From NCBI GenBank assembly GCA_040182905.1, contig JARQWU010000049.1:1-47964 (forward strand): a DNA stretch of 47,964 nucleotides, given 5' to 3'. The notes beneath the pieces are model-generated. The model was not told where the DNA came from. It did no database searches and saw only the letters and a program-made list of their open reading frames with translations. Of the stretch, positions 21,801 through 31,332 are shown piece after piece (the stretch's first letter is position 1; each line of letters begins with the position of its first letter). The translations under genes were made by a program, and so were the position numbers. This DNA comes from Barthelona sp. PAP020 (Eukaryota).

Positions 21801-24099
21801 GGAAACAAAAAAAGATATTTCTACCAGGGAAATTGACATGAGAAAAACTAAAACCTCGAATTATAATTATGATGATAGTAAAACAAGCTTTGAAAAAAGA
21901 AAGAATCTTGATTCAAACGATAATGATGATGTTGATATTCATAGACCCAAAAGTCCTTCGAAAGACACTCATCAAAATACTAATTCTTCAGTCAGTATTG
22001 TTTCAAAGAACTCAACAAAGTTCATTGGACAAATTTTTTCAAAAAATATAGATCATGCAGTTAACAATGGAAAATTGAACGAAAATATTAATCATTCCCA
22101 AGACAATCGTGACTATTTGAGTCTAAAAGAACGGGAGGAAGAGGAAGATGATGATGAAAGAGATGATGATGATGATGAAGATGAAGAAACCTCATCTGAG
22201 AGAGGGCATGATTTGTTTGGCAACACGCCAATGTCTCAAGACGAGACTTCAACAAATTTGTCGGGTTTTATTGTTTCAGAGGATGAAGAAGAAACGATTC
22301 CAGGTGAATCTTTGTATATACCAGATGACAGAGAAGAAAAAGATGTTGATATTGATGAACTTGAACAGTTTGCTGAGCAATACAAATATAAAGATAATGA
22401 TGAATTGGCTGCTACTTTAAACGGATTTGTGGTGGTAAATAATGAAGATTGTGTAATTCATGGGTCAAACTTTGTTGACAGTGAGGAATCAACTGAAGAA
22501 ACAGAATTCTCGTTTGGAGCTACAATCGGTGGTGATTTAATTGGAGGTTTTCCGTTTTCTGCAATACAAACGAAATCTACTACTCGATCTCCTCCTATAG
22601 TTTCTACACCATCAATTAAAAAGTCCCCCATCCTAAAACAAGATTGTAAAATAGTAAACAAGCCAAGAATATTTTTGGAGGAAGATTCAGCAAGTTTGAT
22701 TTCTAAAACTAGTAGTAGATCTGTTGTACAATATATTTCACCAACTAAAAGTAAAAATGGGAAAAATTTATTCCAATCTTCAATTGATTTTTCTGCTTCT
22801 TCTTCTTTTGTAGCAAAAACACATGTTTTAAATAAGTCATCTATCTCTTTATCAAAAAGCAATCTAATTGAGCTTTCAACTTTAACAAGTGTGTCAAATG
22901 ACCTTCCAAAGACTCAAATTGCAGTTCAAAAAAATCCTAACGATAGCATCACCCTTAATTCAAAGAATTTTAGCTCCATTAGAAATGACACCTTACAAAA
23001 TGTTCAATCACCACCTGTCGTGATTAATTTAAATCACTCAAACCAAAGAAAGGAGCAGAGTCCTTCAACTGGGTATGATGTGAGTGAATCATTATTTCCG
23101 ACAAATTGGAACTCCCCTGAAATGTCTTTTAAACCATTGTTGTCTTCAAACAGTTCTTTTGAAAAGTCAGTTGTTGATTCTTCACCACCTTCTAATCAAG
23201 TTCAATTAAAACCTCAAAACAGTGCTTCGATTCAGTTATTTGACAAACAAACACATATGTGTGAAGCCAAATTAAAACCAATGACAAATGTTAATAGCGA
23301 AGAAGTGATGAATATTATTCAAAATGTGTCTCAATCTAACTCTAATTTTGATGATGTTTTAGGCTCTACTTTTCAATTTGTTCCAGTAGCTACACAAAAA
23401 GAACATGATGCAAATGACCAAAGTTCTAGTTTGAGTATCAATTTTTCACCAACACCTTTGAATTCTTCAGTTTCAGTTAGCAAAAAATTCAGTCGGGATT
23501 TTCCAATTTTAATTGATGACCGAGAAACCAGATCAAAATTGTATTCTCAACTTGTTGTTAAACTTCCAACTCAAACCAGATTATTAAGAATGAGTGAAGG
23601 TGATTATGTTGTTGGTCAATTTCGATTTGAGAGGAAAACAATCTCAGATTTAATGAATACAGTGTTTAAAAATCGTTTGTGGCTTCAGCTCAACCGATTA
23701 TTGTGTTTACAAAAAGGTTGGATTTTAATTGAAGCAAATGCCAATTCAACCAGTTTTATTCACAATCAACAAGCTTCTTTTATTGGTACATTGGTAAGTT
23801 TATTCAGACATATAAGGTTAGGCATAGTTTTTTCAAAAGGAACAACTGATTCTGTATTATTTTTTGAAGATCTTTACAATTACACTCCAAACTTAATAAA
23901 ACCAATGTTTTTCCCAAAAATCAGTTATTTTGAACATTCTCCTCAGATGAAATTTCTTTTGCAAATTGAAAAGTTGTCCATTCTCACAGGAATAGAACTA
24001 TTGTCAGGAAAGTCTTTAAAAGAAACCTTGCAAGATGAAAATGTTGATCTTTTCATAGATATGCTCTTTACACCATTTGATGTTGAATCATTACCTTGA
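18844..24099 (+). CDS. FANCM: FANCM/Hef-type SF2 DEAH helicase with C-terminal ERCC4 nuclease and HhH-like tail
   Basis: PRNYQ, NTLVVLPTGLGKT, LDEAH, GLSASPG, VATSVGEEGIDI, QRVGRCGR; long S/N-rich and acidic linker; ILIDDRE...GDYVVG...FERKTISDL. Confidence 0.92.
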   Translation: MLLENIDNNENNLNDQKRKLVFELPPIIEPRNYQYDIAKTCISFNTLVVLPTGLGKTLIATMVLYNYFIWFENKKCIFIAPTLPLLRQQIESILTKYNFPSYEVCELTGTVPRKRRLKLFNSSRLIFATAQTLESDILTYSLDLSSISLVILDEAHWAKGDHAYSKVMVLLHSRTKNVRVIGLSASPGSLSQIQQLIETCKFQKIEFRVDSSTDVAEYIFRRHLCLVQCQPSSILLELSELFNCLIIQCVKGLIERGYIYAPSYSNSVISSKRTNHGLSLGHLISAFNSYQAGMKRKMTVLNALEKKKHWETVESFSMAIKLGQLRQRLHVLGFESALDGCLTIAKNVKESLLKNLIFRGKEWDQILTKLYGIVKIDSGMLSPSLKSPKSLVSPGSPINFDSDDLHPKFRELSILLNHIRDNAFEKFKHPVDRVLIFASQRHAARIISAFCRQHGLSSRVFLGIGQDKSNGAASRSRAQHMVFQQKLLNEFAMGDFKVMVATSVGEEGIDIANVDVIICFDVSSSPLQMIQRVGRCGRNRTGTVLFLADEVLERSKFAEARGQQMRMYESLKDTHNLSLSDGGGDIVVDEDRKAVEVPSTFNPSQLNKRDKFVSDEANYGVVPIFTTEVMQDTSTIGWKIIGNCRSYVASVMHRFESDFIHENNIEMNSDDETQCDTIKDMNISSLIEANTSRGIKGGLLTQESHCVDDQIFSLSTSESLKSSIDKRKTDDSSITSANSQNDRTATNKTKRNMNEKKTIPVAFSKPEILHTQRKLFDEPASFTNTLIVSNNEPSFAMLGKQSFDLTFGKSIANLNFFKRKAPFLMDATISRVAKRNEKILGIATNEKTVLAQVVLPTDSTSTNEAGIMESNSTNNFSPNSKRSTVKALRQAVIGGDDTDYQKKLGKKDDKYMFSNIYNKSKHSNLFLPNNSKKLPKQTHFTNIPNASNCKDVVNNNKTGNSDEIIIFADINRPIFNKVNFSKENQLETKKDISTREIDMRKTKTSNYNYDDSKTSFEKRKNLDSNDNDDVDIHRPKSPSKDTHQNTNSSVSIVSKNSTKFIGQIFSKNIDHAVNNGKLNENINHSQDNRDYLSLKEREEEEDDDERDDDDDEDEETSSERGHDLFGNTPMSQDETSTNLSGFIVSEDEEETIPGESLYIPDDREEKDVDIDELEQFAEQYKYKDNDELAATLNGFVVVNNEDCVIHGSNFVDSEESTEETEFSFGATIGGDLIGGFPFSAIQTKSTTRSPPIVSTPSIKKSPILKQDCKIVNKPRIFLEEDSASLISKTSSRSVVQYISPTKSKNGKNLFQSSIDFSASSSFVAKTHVLNKSSISLSKSNLIELSTLTSVSNDLPKTQIAVQKNPNDSITLNSKNFSSIRNDTLQNVQSPPVVINLNHSNQRKEQSPSTGYDVSESLFPTNWNSPEMSFKPLLSSNSSFEKSVVDSSPPSNQVQLKPQNSASIQLFDKQTHMCEAKLKPMTNVNSEEVMNIIQNVSQSNSNFDDVLGSTFQFVPVATQKEHDANDQSSSLSINFSPTPLNSSVSVSKKFSRDFPILIDDRETRSKLYSQLVVKLPTQTRLLRMSEGDYVVGQFRFERKTISDLMNTVFKNRLWLQLNRLLCLQKGWILIEANANSTSFIHNQQASFIGTLVSLFRHIRLGIVFSKGTTDSVLFFEDLYNYTPNLIKPMFFPKISYFEHSPQMKFLLQIEKLSILTGIELLSGKSLKETLQDENVDLFIDMLFTPFDVESLP

Positions 24100-24188
24100 A
24101 AAGCCTCATAAAAGAATAAAAAATAAAGTATGTCGTTTGCCAGTTTATTTATTCACTTCTTAGTTTTTGATTTTTGGCTTCTTGCACT

Positions 24189-27100
24189 TCAAATTGTTCT
24201 TTCTCTCTTTGTTTTAACAACAGGACTTTTGATCACATCACTAAATTTCATACTTTTTTGATTTTCAAAAACATTATTTTTTGACCTTCCCAATGAAGCT
24301 TTTCTTTGAGGTACATGAGGTATTAATTTCAAAAATAGTTCATTATTTTCAATGTTTTGGAAACATACACTCTTAAAAATATTGTTTTTAAAAAGCATAC
24401 TTTTAGATTTTGGAACAACAGATTCCAAGAGCTTTTGAACAGCATCTGAAGGAGATCTGCATAATTGAGCCAAAGGGCTGGTTGTTAACGACTCACCAAT
24501 AAGACTCCAAGATTTATTCATCATTCTTATCAATGGTCTACCAATATAAGCACCAGGTTCATTAACATTGTTTATACAACTATTTAAAGCATCTACGGAA
24601 TCACCCATTAATAAAGGAATACACCAACTACAACTGGTAAACCCAAGACTGGCAGAACCCCAAGTAATTGCTGCTGAACAATCAGGAAATATTTCCAAAA
24701 ATTTGGTGAACAATGTTATCATGATGAATGAAATTTGTATTCTGGGAAACAATTTATGTATTAGTTCCCCACATGCCATCAAATGCACAACACTTGAACG
24801 TCTAACTATGATTGGTTTGATTGATTTTTTATTCAATGGTAAAAATATCATGTATTTAGAACCTCTCCAATAACTGAAATAATTCAAATCAACGTCGGTA
24901 AAAAGTTCGTTAAACTTTTCGAAAAAAGTTTTAAAGTTTTCATCAGCTGCATCAGAATTCAATAGAACCTTTTCAAAATCGAATATTGCAACCCAACTGT
25001 GCAAACTGCTATGAACATCTTGTTGTACTAATGCATCTATACTAACGTTTGGAATATTTCTTTTATAAATATGATATTCTTCAACAAATTCGTTCAAATT
25101 ATCATTAATGTTGTTTAAATCTTGTTTAAATTTAATATTATCAGCTCTATCTGATAAATTAGCGCTCAATAACATAAATGTCCATGAAAGAATTGTAAAT
25201 TCCCGTAATTTTATTGATAAGCTTAATAAAAGGAAAAGAGCCATCAAATAATTGAATTGAACAAGTGAAAATTTCCCAAATACTCGAAATTCAGAAGTAT
25301 CCTTGTTTAAACAATTTTGAAATTTTTGTTGTTCAATAGATGTAGAGCTAATGATGATTAAACATATATTTATGTAACAAAACAGACAAAACATGTCTTT
25401 TTCATGATGTTTAATATTGATTATTGATTGAACGTCAAAAAAAAATAAAATAAAAATATGAACTGCAGAAATGATTGAATAAATGAAGAGAAATGATTGC
25501 TTAATGGAAAAATATAACACAAATAGACATATAATTTCACTGAAAATGCATAAAATCAACAAAATAAGAATAACGTCAGTAAATAACGAATGAAAATCAA
25601 GGCAAATATTTAAAAAAAATGATTCACATTCAGGAACATTCAATGTGTATATTAAATAATTAAAGCACAATACAATCACTAAAAAGCGTGGAAACAGATT
25701 GTAAAGAAAAAATTCAATCAAATTCATATTTGAAATTATGGTTTGAGATTTGATCAAAATCTCTTCTGGGGGATGAAAAATGAAGTCTTCAACTTCAAAT
25801 CTACTTGTTTCAGGCTTACTATCATTCTTATCAAAGTCGTTTGCTCCATAGATACCATTATTATCTGTAAAAAAATCTTTAGAATCATCATGAGTATCAG
25901 TGCCACTGCCATAATTGATATTGGTTACTTTTCTCATAAAAATAGAACCTCGTCTCAAAGATTCTCTTCTTAATAAATGTAATTCTTCAGCAGTAAAGGA
26001 ATGCTCTGTTAAACTTATGATATCACCAGTTGAAATTGGTTGAAACATTGGAATGTATTTTTCATCATTTGAATGACATACAGTCAATTCATAATGGTCA
26101 AAATACTCAAAACATGTATTTGTGGTGGAATTCAACAGATCAGATTCAATCAAACGATAACTGATGAGTAACCTATCTGATAACCTCTTAATCAATTCAT
26201 CACTGAATTCTTTTGGAACGATCAAACCATAAACTGAATTTTGAAATCTTATATTCAACATTTTTTCCACCTGTTCATTCAATATACAATAAGTATTAAT
26301 GTTCTCAAAGAAAATTAAGGATATAGGTGTGTTCAGAATGACAAATGTGTAATTACTAATGCTACAAAGACTCAAATTAGGTCTAAAAGTATTAAATAGT
26401 TTAACTACAATATCAACAATCAATTTGATATCAATGTTGTCGATACTGATTGGAAACGTCACTAAAATACTATCTTCTCTCACTTCAAGCATTCTAACAC
26501 CAAAATTATGAAAATTTTTATGAATTTCATCTGTAACAATTGCAACATTTTCAAAATTTATATTACTGTTTACAATTTTATCATTATTTTGAAACTTTAT
26601 AATAATATTTAATGTATTTGAAAATATTATCTGAGGAAAAGCTAATTTATACTTTAATACTAGACTTTTGTTGTGTAACTTTTCATTAAATTCAGGGATA
26701 AAGTGTTTTATCAATTCAAAAGGTAATAAGTTAATCAAAATTTTTGATACTGTTTTTCTATTGAATTTGATCAATTTCTTTATCTTGATCTTCCATTCTA
26801 TCTTCATCAACTTCAATAAGTACCAATTTTTTAACAGAGTCGAAAAAGAAAAAAAAGTACAAAAGTGAGTCAACTCATCAAAAATATTGCTGTTATTAAT
26901 CTTCAATTTATGAGTGAGCAGATGTACTATTACTCCAAAACAATAAAAACAAATGCTAAATATATATGTTTGATGAGAAATCTTTATGGATTTTGCTGAA
27001 ACATAAAGAATGATCTGTAAATTAAATCCAACACTAAAACACAGTTGTAAGGGAACTACACTTTTAAAATACCCACAAAAAGTACAATTAGTTAAAAAAA

Positions 27101-27392
27101 TAATTATATACAACTTACAAAACATTTTTCTTGAAATGTAAAATACATCTTTCGTTGGATTTAAGCGTTGAAATATCAATAATATATCAAAACATAAAAT
27201 AATTACAACAAAACTATATAGAAAATTAGTCATTTTAAAAAAAAATAGCATGATTATCTCAAATAGTGCAATTAATACGTGAATATGAAAAGCATTAGAG
27301 GTCATTATTCCAAACTCTTGATTTTTATATCTTTCAACATTTTGATATGTCGGTGTTCTTGTTATATCTTCCTTTTTTTTCCTATCAAACAT
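24189..27392 (-). CDS. Polytopic membrane protein with degenerate transmembrane adenylyl/guanylyl cyclase-like architecture
   Basis: Two multi-TM blocks, each followed by an NxLP-type helix (ILINLLPFELI; YKRNIPNVSI) and a soluble domain. The second contains AAITWGSASLG...LMGDSVDALNSC...EPG, resembling class III cyclase GxxxG...GDTVNxASRM...PG. The CDS is secure; the cyclase call is about 0.5. Confidence 0.6.
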   Translation of the reverse strand: MFDRKKKEDITRTPTYQNVERYKNQEFGIMTSNAFHIHVLIALFEIIMLFFFKMTNFLYSFVVIILCFDILLIFQRLNPTKDVFYISRKMFCKLYIIIFLTNCTFCGYFKSVVPLQLCFSVGFNLQIILYVSAKSIKISHQTYIFSICFYCFGVIVHLLTHKLKINNSNIFDELTHFCTFFSFSTLLKNWYLLKLMKIEWKIKIKKLIKFNRKTVSKILINLLPFELIKHFIPEFNEKLHNKSLVLKYKLAFPQIIFSNTLNIIIKFQNNDKIVNSNINFENVAIVTDEIHKNFHNFGVRMLEVREDSILVTFPISIDNIDIKLIVDIVVKLFNTFRPNLSLCSISNYTFVILNTPISLIFFENINTYCILNEQVEKMLNIRFQNSVYGLIVPKEFSDELIKRLSDRLLISYRLIESDLLNSTTNTCFEYFDHYELTVCHSNDEKYIPMFQPISTGDIISLTEHSFTAEELHLLRRESLRRGSIFMRKVTNINYGSGTDTHDDSKDFFTDNNGIYGANDFDKNDSKPETSRFEVEDFIFHPPEEILIKSQTIISNMNLIEFFLYNLFPRFLVIVLCFNYLIYTLNVPECESFFLNICLDFHSLFTDVILILLILCIFSEIICLFVLYFSIKQSFLFIYSIISAVHIFILFFFDVQSIINIKHHEKDMFCLFCYINICLIIISSTSIEQQKFQNCLNKDTSEFRVFGKFSLVQFNYLMALFLLLSLSIKLREFTILSWTFMLLSANLSDRADNIKFKQDLNNINDNLNEFVEEYHIYKRNIPNVSIDALVQQDVHSSLHSWVAIFDFEKVLLNSDAADENFKTFFEKFNELFTDVDLNYFSYWRGSKYMIFLPLNKKSIKPIIVRRSSVVHLMACGELIHKLFPRIQISFIMITLFTKFLEIFPDCSAAITWGSASLGFTSCSWCIPLLMGDSVDALNSCINNVNEPGAYIGRPLIRMMNKSWSLIGESLTTSPLAQLCRSPSDAVQKLLESVVPKSKSMLFKNNIFKSVCFQNIENNELFLKLIPHVPQRKASLGRSKNNVFENQKSMKFSDVIKSPVVKTKRERTI

Positions 27393-27781
27393 CTTTTAAA
27401 CACTAATAAACATATACATTATCCTAATTTTCAATTATTGTAATACAAAAAAATTGTCAGTAAACTTCTGCGAACATTTACCAATCCTTAAATTATACGC
27501 AACGAAACTTCTTCTCGCGAACATTTTTTGTACTAACTTATTGAAATACTACAATATCAAACAATTATCAACATCTTTTGCATAAAAAATACATTGCAAA
27601 AAAAAAACTGAACAAGGGATAATCATTTTTTCAATGGTTAAACATCTTATTTTATCATAAATATTATAACTTTTATATTTCAAAAAAAATATCAATATAT
27701 TCATGGATATAAATGAAAAATTAAAGAATGAAAATTTTAAACCTTTCTTTTATCAAATTATCAAGACATTTTCCAAATTAT

Positions 27782-29707
27782 ATGAAGGGCAAATCGCCAA
27801 ATGGAAACAATTCTCGATTTGGTTCATACAAAATATCATCAAAATCAAACAGAAGCTATAATTCAAAGAATTCAAATACATCTATTTCTACAACTTCAGA
27901 TGTTTCCAGTGTTATTTCAAACACAACTTTTGACGAAACTTTGCCTAAATCCAACTCCAAAGGAAAATTAAAAATTAATCGTTCAAGACCTGATTTGGAT
28001 ACCCCTCAACCTGTTTTTGAACAATTACCAATACTTAATGATGTGCCATCTAGTCAAAGAACTGCTCTATTTGTTAAAAAATTGAAACAAGTAACTCAAA
28101 TTGTTGATTTTACAGCCAATAATGTGTCTCAATCATCTATTGATACAAAACGTAGAGATTTAGGGGATCTATTGGATTATATTAACAGCAATTCAGGTGT
28201 ATTCACAGAGAATGTATTTGTACCAATTTTAAGAATGGTTTCAACAAATATTTTTCGATCTTTGTATGTTTCACACATTGATGATGGAATTGCATACGAT
28301 CCTGATGAAGATGAACCTGCATTAGATCCAGCATGGGTGCATCTACAATTTGTTTATGAATTTTTCTTAAGGTTCATTTTATCAAGAGATGTTGATCCTA
28401 AGATAGCAAAACGATATATATCTGGAAGATTTATTTTTAATCTGATCCAATTATTTCAATCTGAAGATCCCAGAGAAAGAGATTATTTAAAAACGATTCT
28501 ACATCGGTTATATGCTAAATTCATGTCACATCGTTCTTTTATTCGGAAATTAATGTTTCAATCTTTCTTAGTCTCAATTTATGAAAACGGGCAGACACCT
28601 GGCACATTAGAATTACTTGCTATTCTTGGATCTATCATTAATGGATTCGCTTTACCTTTAAAAAAAGAACATCTTGATTTTTTATTTAATACATTGATAC
28701 CTTTGATGTCTACACGATTATTACCTAGTTTTAAGGCACAATTATCTTATTGCATCATTCAATTTGTTGAAAAAGATCCATTGTTAGGACCTAAAGTCTT
28801 GTTAAAGATTTTAAGCTATTGGCCATTAAATTATGATAGTAAGGAGATTGCTTTTCTTTCTTTGTTGGAAGAATTATTTCAAACGATGTTTGAAAATCAA
28901 AAAATTCTCACTTTTGATAAGTTGAACATCCCTTGTTCTAATGCTTTGTTAAGAGTTGCCAGTATTAAGTTATCCAATCAAACTGGACAAAATTTTGGAA
29001 ATTCAGAAAATGAAACATTATTGGTTCGTGTATTTAAAAGAATAGCTGATTGTATTTGTTCTCCACATTTTCAAACGGCTGAAAAGGCCTTATTCTTTTT
29101 AAAATTACCCTCAGTTCGAAATTTAATTGAAACAGAAAAAGACATTATTATGCCTATCATATTGCCTCATCTTTACATAAATACAAAGTTTCATTGGTCA
29201 GATAATGTAAAAAATCTAACTTTATCCATCTTAAAGAATTATATGGAAGCAGATCCAAACTTATTTACTGTTTGTTCAAACGATTATAAACAAGAAACTG
29301 ATGAATACATGAAACAGCGAAACAAACAAAAAACTAATTGGGCTGTTTTAAAAAAACATGCAAAAGAGAATTTTGGAAAAATTCCTCGACAAATTAGACC
29401 TCATAGTTTTGTTTACAATTCTTTCAATCTTAAAATGTTTGTTGTACCTGATCATATCTTACCAAATCAACCATTGTTACCTGAAAATGATGATTTTGAA
29501 GATGTTAAACAACAACAATTCAATGTTGATGATTTATCAAACATTAATCAACAAATTTATAATGCATCTAATTCTGTATCAACAACAAAGGTTGGTAAGA
29601 ACAATATTAGGAGGAAATCAATTCTTCCACAAGATTTAGAGACTGCAGATTTATTGAAACGACATAGATCTTTAGAAGATTTAATGAAATCATCATCTAA
29701 TTATTGA
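27782..29707 (+). CDS. PPP2R5: Protein phosphatase 2A regulatory subunit B' (B56)
   Basis: YDPDEDEPALDPAWVHLQFVYEFFLRF, FQSEDPRERDYLKTILHRLYAKF, ELLAILGSIINGFALPLKKEH, SPHFQTAEKAL, RRKSILPQD. Start is 27782 or 27728. Confidence 0.96.
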   Translation: MKGKSPNGNNSRFGSYKISSKSNRSYNSKNSNTSISTTSDVSSVISNTTFDETLPKSNSKGKLKINRSRPDLDTPQPVFEQLPILNDVPSSQRTALFVKKLKQVTQIVDFTANNVSQSSIDTKRRDLGDLLDYINSNSGVFTENVFVPILRMVSTNIFRSLYVSHIDDGIAYDPDEDEPALDPAWVHLQFVYEFFLRFILSRDVDPKIAKRYISGRFIFNLIQLFQSEDPRERDYLKTILHRLYAKFMSHRSFIRKLMFQSFLVSIYENGQTPGTLELLAILGSIINGFALPLKKEHLDFLFNTLIPLMSTRLLPSFKAQLSYCIIQFVEKDPLLGPKVLLKILSYWPLNYDSKEIAFLSLLEELFQTMFENQKILTFDKLNIPCSNALLRVASIKLSNQTGQNFGNSENETLLVRVFKRIADCICSPHFQTAEKALFFLKLPSVRNLIETEKDIIMPIILPHLYINTKFHWSDNVKNLTLSILKNYMEADPNLFTVCSNDYKQETDEYMKQRNKQKTNWAVLKKHAKENFGKIPRQIRPHSFVYNSFNLKMFVVPDHILPNQPLLPENDDFEDVKQQQFNVDDLSNINQQIYNASNSVSTTKVGKNNIRRKSILPQDLETADLLKRHRSLEDLMKSSSNY

Positions 29708-29832
29708 TTAGACTCTTTCATTGGAATTTGTTTTTTTTTTTTTCACTGTATAAAAATTTTTCCTTTTTTGTTTCAAGTTTACACCTTTCCAATTTATTAA
29801 TATTTTTTCTATATTATATTAACCTTATCCAT

Positions 29833-30408
29833 ATGTTTGAAAAAAAAGATCAACTAAAATGGTTATTGAACAAATTTGAAAAAGCAGAAAGAATGATTAA
29901 AAATGGAGTTGATTTAGAATCAACTATAGATTATATATTGAGATGTCTTCAATTCTTAATATTTAAAGAATATCAAAATAAAGGTTTTCCGCAAAATATT
30001 TTTGATGATTTTTATTTTCACAGATTGAATCCAATTCCTTGCGATTTTATTGAAGATGAAGATTTACAAACACATTTAAGAAACCCTTCGTACAATAATG
30101 ATGGTTCAATTGAATCTGGTGTTTGGGATACTGTAAAAATTCAACCCATTCGTGTTGTTCATCAACCAGTTGAAAGAAATACTTTAAAAGACTATAATTG
30201 CAAAGACGATGAAATAAGAAAAGATGTATGTGAAATACTTTACGAATTGAAAAGAAACAGGCAAAAAGTAGAAGACATTGAAAATATCCTGAAGTTTTCT
30301 AACTCCAAAAATGAAATATTTGAATCATCTACAAATGATAATTTAAGAATTGTTGATAGATTTGTACAATATACTCCTTCAAGTCCCGACACAAAAAAAA
30401 GAATTTGA
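29833..30408 (+). CDS. Hypothetical protein (~191 aa)
   Basis: ORF from the first ATG at 29833 with coding-like composition; no family recognised. Confidence 0.6.
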   Translation: MFEKKDQLKWLLNKFEKAERMIKNGVDLESTIDYILRCLQFLIFKEYQNKGFPQNIFDDFYFHRLNPIPCDFIEDEDLQTHLRNPSYNNDGSIESGVWDTVKIQPIRVVHQPVERNTLKDYNCKDDEIRKDVCEILYELKRNRQKVEDIENILKFSNSKNEIFESSTNDNLRIVDRFVQYTPSSPDTKKRI

Positions 30409-30451
30409 CAAATAAATATTTATTAAATTTTATTTTTCAAGGAAACAGATA

Positions 30452-31102
30452 TTACACAATAAAAGGTTTAATTTCTTCAAAAGATACCTTTTCTTTATTA
30501 TCCAACAAAGCGGAAATCTTTTTCATTTTCTCAAAATCCAAAGTCTCATCTCTACGTCCTAAATATGACAATAACTCCAAGCAAAGAGAAGGTTTTAAGG
30601 TCGATGAATTGTCAGTTGCAAATACAGTGAAAACTAATTCAATGGTGCTCAACAAGGAGGTTGTAGCTAAACCTAAAGAAAGAACAACAAATTCTGTGCA
30701 ATTAATTTGTTCGGGATCAGAAAAATTACCAACTTGTAAAACAGATTCTGCAGTTGCAACAGGAATTTGGGCAGATTCACAAGCTCTTAAAATTTGATGT
30801 TGTGTGAGATACGTAGAATTTGATACATCCATTGCTTTCAATTCATTATTTAATGTAATTAATTGTTGTGGGGAAATATCAGGTTCATATTGAGGAAAAG
30901 CTTCACGACCCAAAGAAATATTGGCTAATTTTGCCCAATAACTATATAATTAGTATAAAAATACTTTTTAAACATCATACTTTGCACAGAAACGGACTAA
31001 ATCTTTTGGTTGATTTTTAATTACTTCTTTTGAGAAAGTTTTAAGAATAGTAGGTAATTCTGGAGGTACTACAATTTGTTCAGAGCAAAATATTCGATCC
31101 AT
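30452..31102 (-). CDS. ROPN1L: Radial spoke protein 11 / ropporin-1-like (RIIa dimerisation domain), 2 exons (31102-30981, 30941-30452)
   Basis: Exon 1, missed by the ORF track, reads MDRIFCSEQIVVPPELPTILKTFSKEVIKNQPKDLVRFCA and matches RSP11/ROPN1L (FCAQQIHIPPELPDILKQFTKAAIRTQP.D). It splices in frame to the 30452-30913 ORF. Confidence 0.92.
30942..30980 (-). other. 39-nt spliceosomal intron in ROPN1L
   Basis: GTATGA...TACTAATTATATAG with a branch-point-like TACTAAT next to the AG; it contains an in-frame TAA so it must be spliced. Confidence 0.9.
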
Positions 31103-31332
31103 ACAAATAAAAACAATGAAAAAAATCTATGCAAATTTAAATGCAAAAAAAGAAATATTTAAAGATGACAGCAATTAACATAACACAAAATTAACAATTT
31201 TTATCACAAATACAAAAATGTTTGATGAGATGAGATTTCCAAAAAGGGAATTTTCTTTCACAACATTTTTTTTGATGAAATAACAACACAAATATTTCTA
31301 TGTTTAAAGTTTAAAAACGGTAATAAGAGAAT

